Assembly (NCBI GenBank): GCA_951406725.2
Contig: OX597829.1
Location: 8,122,001-8,186,000, forward strand
DNA length: 64,000 nucleotides
Origin: Octopus vulgaris
Lineage: Eukaryota
Direction of reading: 5' to 3'
The notes under the pieces are model-generated. The model had not been told where the DNA came from. It did not search any database and saw nothing but the letters and a program-made list of their open reading frames with translations. Positions 57,059 to 64,000 of this stretch are shown here, piece by piece (positions within the stretch are counted from its first letter, which is position 1; each line of letters opens with the position of its first letter). A program made the position numbers and the translations under genes.

Positions 57059-58500
57059 GTAATAATAATACTAGGAATAATATAAATAATACTAATTATA
57101 ATAATAACTATAATAAAGCATTTAGTCAAAATTATAATAAAAAGAATTCTATTAATTATAGAAATTATAGAAGTAATAATAAGAATAGGGAAATTATAAA
57201 TAATATAGAAAAACCTTATAATGAAAATAATGTAATAGATACACAATGGTTAATAATTCCTTATGCTATGCAAATAAATAATAACATAGTAAAAATATTT
57301 TCAATTTAATAAACAAACATTTTGAAAAAGGAAAGAATAAATATTGGGAGATGATTAATAAAAAGCAATAAGGATAGGATATAGTCTAACTCATAATCTG
57401 GCCACCATCATATCCTTAATTAACAATAAAAAGCTGGATAATGTCTATCTAAATAGAAAAGATAATTTAGGTAACACAAACATGTCTAACAATCTGGAAG
57501 ATCCTGGAAGGACTTGTTCCAAACTTTGGCATCGAGAGTTACACAAATACTAGAACTGGGCGCCACTGCATAGTGCCAAGGACTCCAAATTTGCCATCAA
57601 GTTTTATGGACAAGATACTGTGATAGCCTGGGCTTCAGAGGCCCACAGCTCTTCAATATCCTCCCGACGGACCTGAGAGACCTGCATGGAGCGGATGCAG
57701 ATGTCTTTAAAATAAAGCTGAACCTCTTCCTGTCAGGTGTCTCAGATGAACCAACTTCACGGCAGGAGGTGCAGATGAGGGCCGCTGCATCAAACTCTCT
57801 CATGCACCAAAATGTCAATTGCTAAAAAGCATTCGTGAAGTAAAATCATGTAGCAACACCGAATGGCGGTGCCCCAGCATGGCCACAGCTCGTGAGCTGA
57901 ACTAGATAAAATGAAAAAAAAGAAATAGCACAAGATATAATAATAATAATAATAATAATAACAATCGAAATTACAATAATAATAAAAATACCACAACGAG
58001 TAATAATAACATAGACAATAATAATAGAATTAATAATGATAACACTATAGGTGATAATGATAATAATAATAACAAAAACAATAACAAAAATAATAATAAT
58101 AATAATTGTGCATTTAATAATGACTGCACGAGGAAGGAGATAGTATATCAATGTATAGTAAGTACGCAATACGATAAGGAAGTCTATATCGGAGCTACGA
58201 AGAATAATTTGAAACAAAGACTTAATTATCACAGATATACTTTTAAAAATAGAAATAGGAGTAATTATACAGGATTAAGTACATATGTTTGGGAACTTAA
58301 GGATAAAAAAATAAATTATAATTTATCTGAACCTGTGTATAATAATAAAAATAGAAAATGTTCATTATGCATTAACGAAATTTTCTTTCTAATTAGGGCT
58401 AATCTACCGATTATCAACAATTTTAAGGAACGCAATGGATCATGTCTTCATAAAATTGAGTATAATTTCTCCAGATACAAATAGTTCTTACTATAAACAA
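55765..58500 (+). mobile_element. Decayed Penelope-like element of a second clade (YRDD type, possibly Nematis-like)
   Basis: ITIKDHKENFPN..RLICPNKSDLG, QFDIQNYYSSI, FDTTMGSPDSAETTDLVG, GLYRDDAL, then YIG..KQRLNYH..F..TGLSTYVWELK..KCSLCINE..CLH; interrupted by low-complexity DNA and a LINE fragment. Confidence 0.85.
57492..57915 (+). mobile_element. CR1-like LINE 3' end inserted in the PLE
   Basis: SLGFRGPQLFNILPTDLRDLHGADADVFKIKLNLFLSGVSDEP; 3' tail GGCGGTGCCCCAGCATGGCCACAG. Confidence 0.75.
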
Positions 58501-58595
58501 CCCTTTGAAATAAATGCAACTAGTTATAATGAGCATTTTACTTTAATATATATAGGAGTAGTAAAATTGTAATGGGTTATGGATATATGGATCTT

Positions 58596-58634
<39 letters not shown>

Positions 58635-58896
58635 GTGTGCAGTTTATGTATATGTATGTGCATGTGTTTATATATATAGGTGTTGATATGTGTGTATATA
58701 TATATGTATATTCTATATGTGCTTGTATGTGTTTGTATGTATATCCATATGTATAAGTATATTGGTATACATTTACATTTGTTGTTAAGTATAAAGTTTC
58801 GTAATAAGCATGTGTGCATGTAAATACCTACATTAATACACTAGGTTTTGGATTCGTATATATATATGTAGATACGTGTATGTATATTTATGTATA

Positions 58897-58976
<80 letters not shown>

Positions 58977-58983
58977 ACGTGTG

Positions 58984-59695
58984 TGGTGTCAGGTCACTTT
59001 CGAGTGCTACTGGTAACATGTAACCCAGTACAGCCTGTTGCATGGTCGGGTCGTCGGCGACTAAACCGGCAACCCTACCAAGCTTGCTTGGTGAGGAGGG
59101 TGTTTATTGGACACCCTGCGGGATGAAAAACAAAACTCGTCAAAGGGCGGAGGACCTCTTGAGAGTCAACGGCCATCCAATAAATGTTAGCACGGGTACG
59201 CAGAAATTCCGGGATGGTGTCCGGCGTGCTGAAAGACCACTGGGAGTGAGGCGCCCCTCAGCTTTTGTTAAAGGAGAAGGTCACTCTGATATAAAACCAG
59301 ATATGCAGGGAATGGCATTGGACATTTTGGGGATGTTTGGTTTGTGTTAGAGAACACGGCGCTCTCACATCCCTGAGCCTGCGATACATATTGGTACCAG
59401 ACATCTTGCTCCGGCTTGTCTTTGGATAATGTCAATAAAGTGGAGAGGGTCTATGAGGTGTTGTGCAAACCTTATTGGACCTAAAACTCTGCACAGGCAT
59501 TGCCGACCTCTGCTCGATATGTGCATTGTTTTAGTATATATTTTTATTTTTTATTATTCGGAAGTCCTGCGGCGATGGGAAGGTGGTGAATCATGCAGAC
59601 CTGACGGGTTGGAAGCATGTAGTCAGCGCCCTGCACGTAGGCAGCCCATGCTAGATATAAAGTAGTCTCCTTGTCGCCCAAGACAGCGATAGGAT
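58984..59695 (+). mobile_element. GC-rich interspersed insert, possibly a LINE (RTE-type) 5' region
   Basis: Sharp compositional contrast with flanks; no recognisable domain. Confidence 0.35.
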
Positions 59696-60244
59696 CTATT
59701 TTTGTAAATATTTATTCATGTCTTAACTTACATTTGTATTAATTATTGTAGGAACTCTTTGTTTACTTTTAATATCTAAAAGTTAATTTAAAGATATACA
59801 TTGTTAATACGAGAGACTAACACGATTTATTAACTTAATAATTAGATCTTCTATTATCTAACAGTAAATTAAGCGTATAAATTCAAATGTATTAGCCAAT
59901 TAGAAATAGCTTATGATTTAAGATAATCGCTCCCTAACACCCAATAATTTTGAAACTCTAAAATATAAATATAACATACAGCATAGCTATTATAGCTTAT
60001 CTATCATACATAATCAAAAACTTTATTATTTGAAAAACATTTTTGTTGAATTATTTTACGATACTATATTAACTAGATTGATAAAAATTCAAATATAAGT
60101 ATAATTCTAACTTCAACTTTGAGGAAAAGAAAAAAATCCTCATATGGATATTACGCTTGAACTTGTTTGTATTAAGAGGAACTATATACTGAAAACCATA
60201 GTCTAACTGTTTTCATATGTTTATATGCATGTATATTTGTATGC

Positions 60245-60277
<33 letters not shown>

Positions 60278-60311
60278 TGTATGTATGTATGTATGTATGT
60301 ATGTATGTATG

Positions 60312-60362
<51 letters not shown>

Positions 60363-60485
60363 ATGGATTGTAGATTGTTTATCTTGTATCGTAATATTTG
60401 ATATGTTAGAATATATTATAATATGTATTGTCAAGTGAAGATTACTATAAATATAATAATATTGTTATTATTGATAAACATAAAC

Positions 60486-60531
<46 letters not shown>

Positions 60532-60549
60532 GAAGAAGAAGAAGAAGAA

Positions 60550-61333
60550 GATCAGAAACACACGCACCAATGGTTACGAAATTCAGGGCTAAAAGCAGAG
60601 AGTGAAGGTTTCATATTAGCTGCTCAAGACCAAAGCTTATTAACTCGGAACTACCAAGCCAATGTGATAAAAAGACCCAAAGTGCCGATTCTGTAACGAT
60701 GAGATTGAAACAATAGACCACCTAATCTCAGGATGTAGAGTCTTAGCACCTGTAGAATCAAAAGCAAGACATGACAGAGTCGGCCAGTATTTACACTGGG
60801 CAATATGTCGGCATTATCAAATCAAAACCGCTGACAAATGGTATAAACACCATCCTGAAGCTGTGACGGAAGATAAGACAAAAAAGATGTGTTTATTAAT
60901 TGACATGAGTATTCCTTGCGATCACAATATAGCGGCGAAAGAATTTGACAAGATTAGTAAATATAAAGACTTGCTAATAGAAATTGAAAAACTGTGGCAT
61001 CTCAAGGCGAGTACAGTACCAGTGATCGTTGGATCTCTAGGAATGATAAAAAAAAGGTACTGAAACCTATTTGAGAATGATTCCAGGCTTACCATCCCTA
61101 CAGGAAGTGCAAAAAATCGTATTAACTGGAACGGCTCATGTACTGAGAAGAGCATTATTGCTGTGAAAACAACATCCATCCATGAATTTATTTATTCATT
61201 AATTTTTAAATACATATTTTATCTGTGAATTTGCGCGTGTAATCTGGGAATGCATACAATGAGCTTCTCTGCCCTAGGTGTACGGAAAACACTCGCCGAG
61301 AAACGGAAGAAAATTTGAAAAATTTGAAAAAGC
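60550..61333 (+). mobile_element. R4/Dong-type LINE 3' fragment inserted in (TAA)n
   Basis: WLRNSGLKAESEGFILAAQDQSLLTRNY, CRFC..ETIDHLISGC..RHD, LIDMSIP..EFDKISKYKDL..PVIVGSLG; (TAA)n on both sides. Confidence 0.9.
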
Positions 61334-61397
<64 letters not shown>

Positions 61398-61467
61398 TAA
61401 TAAAAATAATAATAATAATTGATTATTATCTATGTGGTCATAAGCATAGACGTGTTTATATGCTCAA

Positions 61468-61498
<31 letters not shown>

Positions 61499-61697
61499 AC
61501 GAATACTATATGTACTTGGGCCTATCGCTTAATTGTGTTTACTTATGTATTTTTTACACATGTAGAAGTATATACAATCTGCTTATGCATGTATATGTCT
61601 ATATATGTATATATCTATATGGATATTTGTTCATATTTTTTATATATATTAAATAATACGTGTGTCATGTTTAATGTATTAATATTAATATTTTTAA

Positions 61698-61828
61698 CCT
61701 CTGACGAGGCCTATGGTTATTTATATAAGTACCCTATTTTTAAATGCCTACAACCTCAATTATTGACAACTATAGGCAATAAAAATAAAAATAACTACTT
61801 TTAACCATAGGCTGAAACAGCTGTAAGA
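61698..61828 (+). ncRNA. Type I hammerhead ribozyme with about 105-nt stem II domain
   Basis: CT-CTGACGA-GGCCTATGGTTA...TAACCATAGGCT-GAAACAGCTGTA-AG; may be the pLTR of the PLE at 55765-58500. Confidence 0.88.
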
Positions 61829-62358
61829 AGTGATTTTAATGATTTCAATAATTTATATAATGACTTTTATAATTTGTATTCTTATCTTATATGTATTGAA
61901 TTATAAGACATATATGTATGCTATTGAGGTTCTCATTTTGTTAAATGAATAAATAATCCAACATTCTAATATCCGAAAGTTGATGAACAAACTAAATTTG
62001 TTTCTCCATTTTCTTATTTGTATTATAAATTTACGGTAAAAATATTTCTTTACCTTCACCCATTCAATACAATAAATTAATTAATTGCATTGCAATTAAA
62101 AACATTTATGTATAAAGAATCTGGGTACTTTACTAACAGTATAAATACTATCCCTTAGTAGGTTACACCCATAACTCCTAACTTACTTTGTGTATATATA
62201 AATATATATATATATATTTGCACATATATATAGATACACATATATATATATATCTACATGTATATATATATGTGTGTGTGTGCATATATATATGTGTATA
62301 TGTATATATATATACATATATATGTATGTATATATACATATAGACATATATGCATATA

Positions 62359-62389
<31 letters not shown>

Positions 62390-62586
62390 GTCTATATATG
62401 CGTGTATATAGAAGTATATATTTACATGTACATATATACGTGCATACATATGCATATATATATTCATATACATGTGTATATATGTATATAAATACATGTA
62501 TATATATATACATACATATATATATACATGTATATTTATATGCAAGTATGGATATATATACACACATTTATGTTTATATAAGTATA

Positions 62587-62639
<53 letters not shown>

Positions 62640-63006
62640 ATGTACATATATGTATATGCATGTATATATATCTATATATATGTTTATGTATATACATATA
62701 TATTCATATATGCACACATACATATATGTATATATATATATGTATGTATATATGTATATGTGTATGTGTGTTTGTACCTCCTCCATCGCTTGACAACCGA
62801 TGTTGCTGTCTTTACGTCCCCCGTATCTTTGCCGTTTGGCAAAATACACCGATAGTATAAATACTAGATTTACGAAGTATAAATCCCGGGGTCGATTATT
62901 TCGATTAATACAGGTGCTACAGTATGGACGCAGTCACATGATTGAAACAAGTAAATATTAACTATGCTATATTAATCCCGTGCAAAGCTGGGTATCTTTG
63001 CTTGTG

Positions 63007-63303
63007 TCGTGGCATTCCATCGGTTACGACGACGAGGCTTCCAAATGATCCGATCAACGGAGCAGCCTGTTCGTGAAATTAACGTGCAAGTCGCTGAGCA
63101 CTCCACAGACACGTGTATCCTTAACGTAGTTCTCGGGGAGATTCAGCGTGACACAGAGTGTGACAAGGCTGGCCCTTTGAAATACAGGTACAACAGAAAC
63201 AGGAAGAAAGAGTGAGAGAAAGTTGTTGTGAAAGAGTACAGAAGGGTCCCCCCCCCATCCTTCAAGAGCGTCGTAGTGCTTTAGGTGTTTTCGCTCGATA
63301 AAC
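63007..63303 (-). mobile_element. SINE 3' part (family of 26371-26740)
   Basis: Near-identical to 26373-26665. Confidence 0.8.
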
Positions 63304-63493
63304 ACATGCTTCCGCACTGCTAGCATGTATACTATATGCGGTTTATAAGAGTCTTTCAGTATCCACTGAAATCTTTGGTTGGTCCGATTATAGTAGAAGA
63401 CACTCGGGCAACGTTCAACGAAGTGAGTCTCAACCCGCATCCACGTGGTTCCGTAGAAAGCTTCTTACCACATAGCCACGCCGGCGCCTGTTC

Positions 63494-63506
63494 ATACATA
63501 CATACA

Positions 63507-63540
<34 letters not shown>

Positions 63541-63623
63541 CATACATACATACATACATATATACATACATACATACATACATACATACATACATACACA
63601 CACACATACATACATACATACAC

Positions 63624-63656
<33 letters not shown>

Positions 63657-64000
63657 CATACATACATACATACATACACATACATACATACACACATACA
63701 TACATACATACATACATACATACATACATACATACATGCATACATACATACATACATACATACATACATACATACATACACACACACATACATACATACA
63801 TACATACATACATACATACATACATACATACATACATACATACATACATACATACATACATACATACATACATACATACATACATACATACATACATACA
63901 TACATACATACATACATACACACACACATACATACATACATACATACATACATACATACATACATACATACACACACACATACATACATACACACACACA
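63494..64000. repeat. (TACA)n microsatellite
   Basis: Over 500 nt of CATA/CACA units. Confidence 0.97.

Overview
AT-rich, microsatellite-dense animal genomic DNA, probably intronic or intergenic. The tRNA-derived SINE families and repeat landscape look like an octopus (coleoid cephalopod) genome; this is an inference. Nearly all listed ORFs are microsatellite artefacts. Real coding remnants all come from transposons: four Penelope-like elements (PLEs, one nearly intact RT + GIY-YIG), two R4/Dong-type restriction-like-endonuclease LINEs, a complete but decayed Gypsy LTR element (LTRs, 5-bp TSD, tRNA-Ser PBS, PPT), a hAT with TIRs and TSD, plus MULE, Tigger/pogo, mariner/Tc1, Helitron and CR1-like fragments. 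There are also a foldback element, MITEs and many SINEs. The most striking non-coding signal is about 15 intact or decayed minimal type I hammerhead ribozymes (HHRs) from several unrelated families. They include two non-coding, terminally redundant units (434-nt and about 513-nt period) that look like retrozyme or circular-RNA-derived insertions, copies whose boundary falls at or next to the predicted self-cleavage site, a family sharing an A6U core variant, and a repeat with hammerhead core strands in a non-canonical order. A few short candidate exons of an unidentified + strand host gene are visible at low confidence. All alignments and folds were done by eye.
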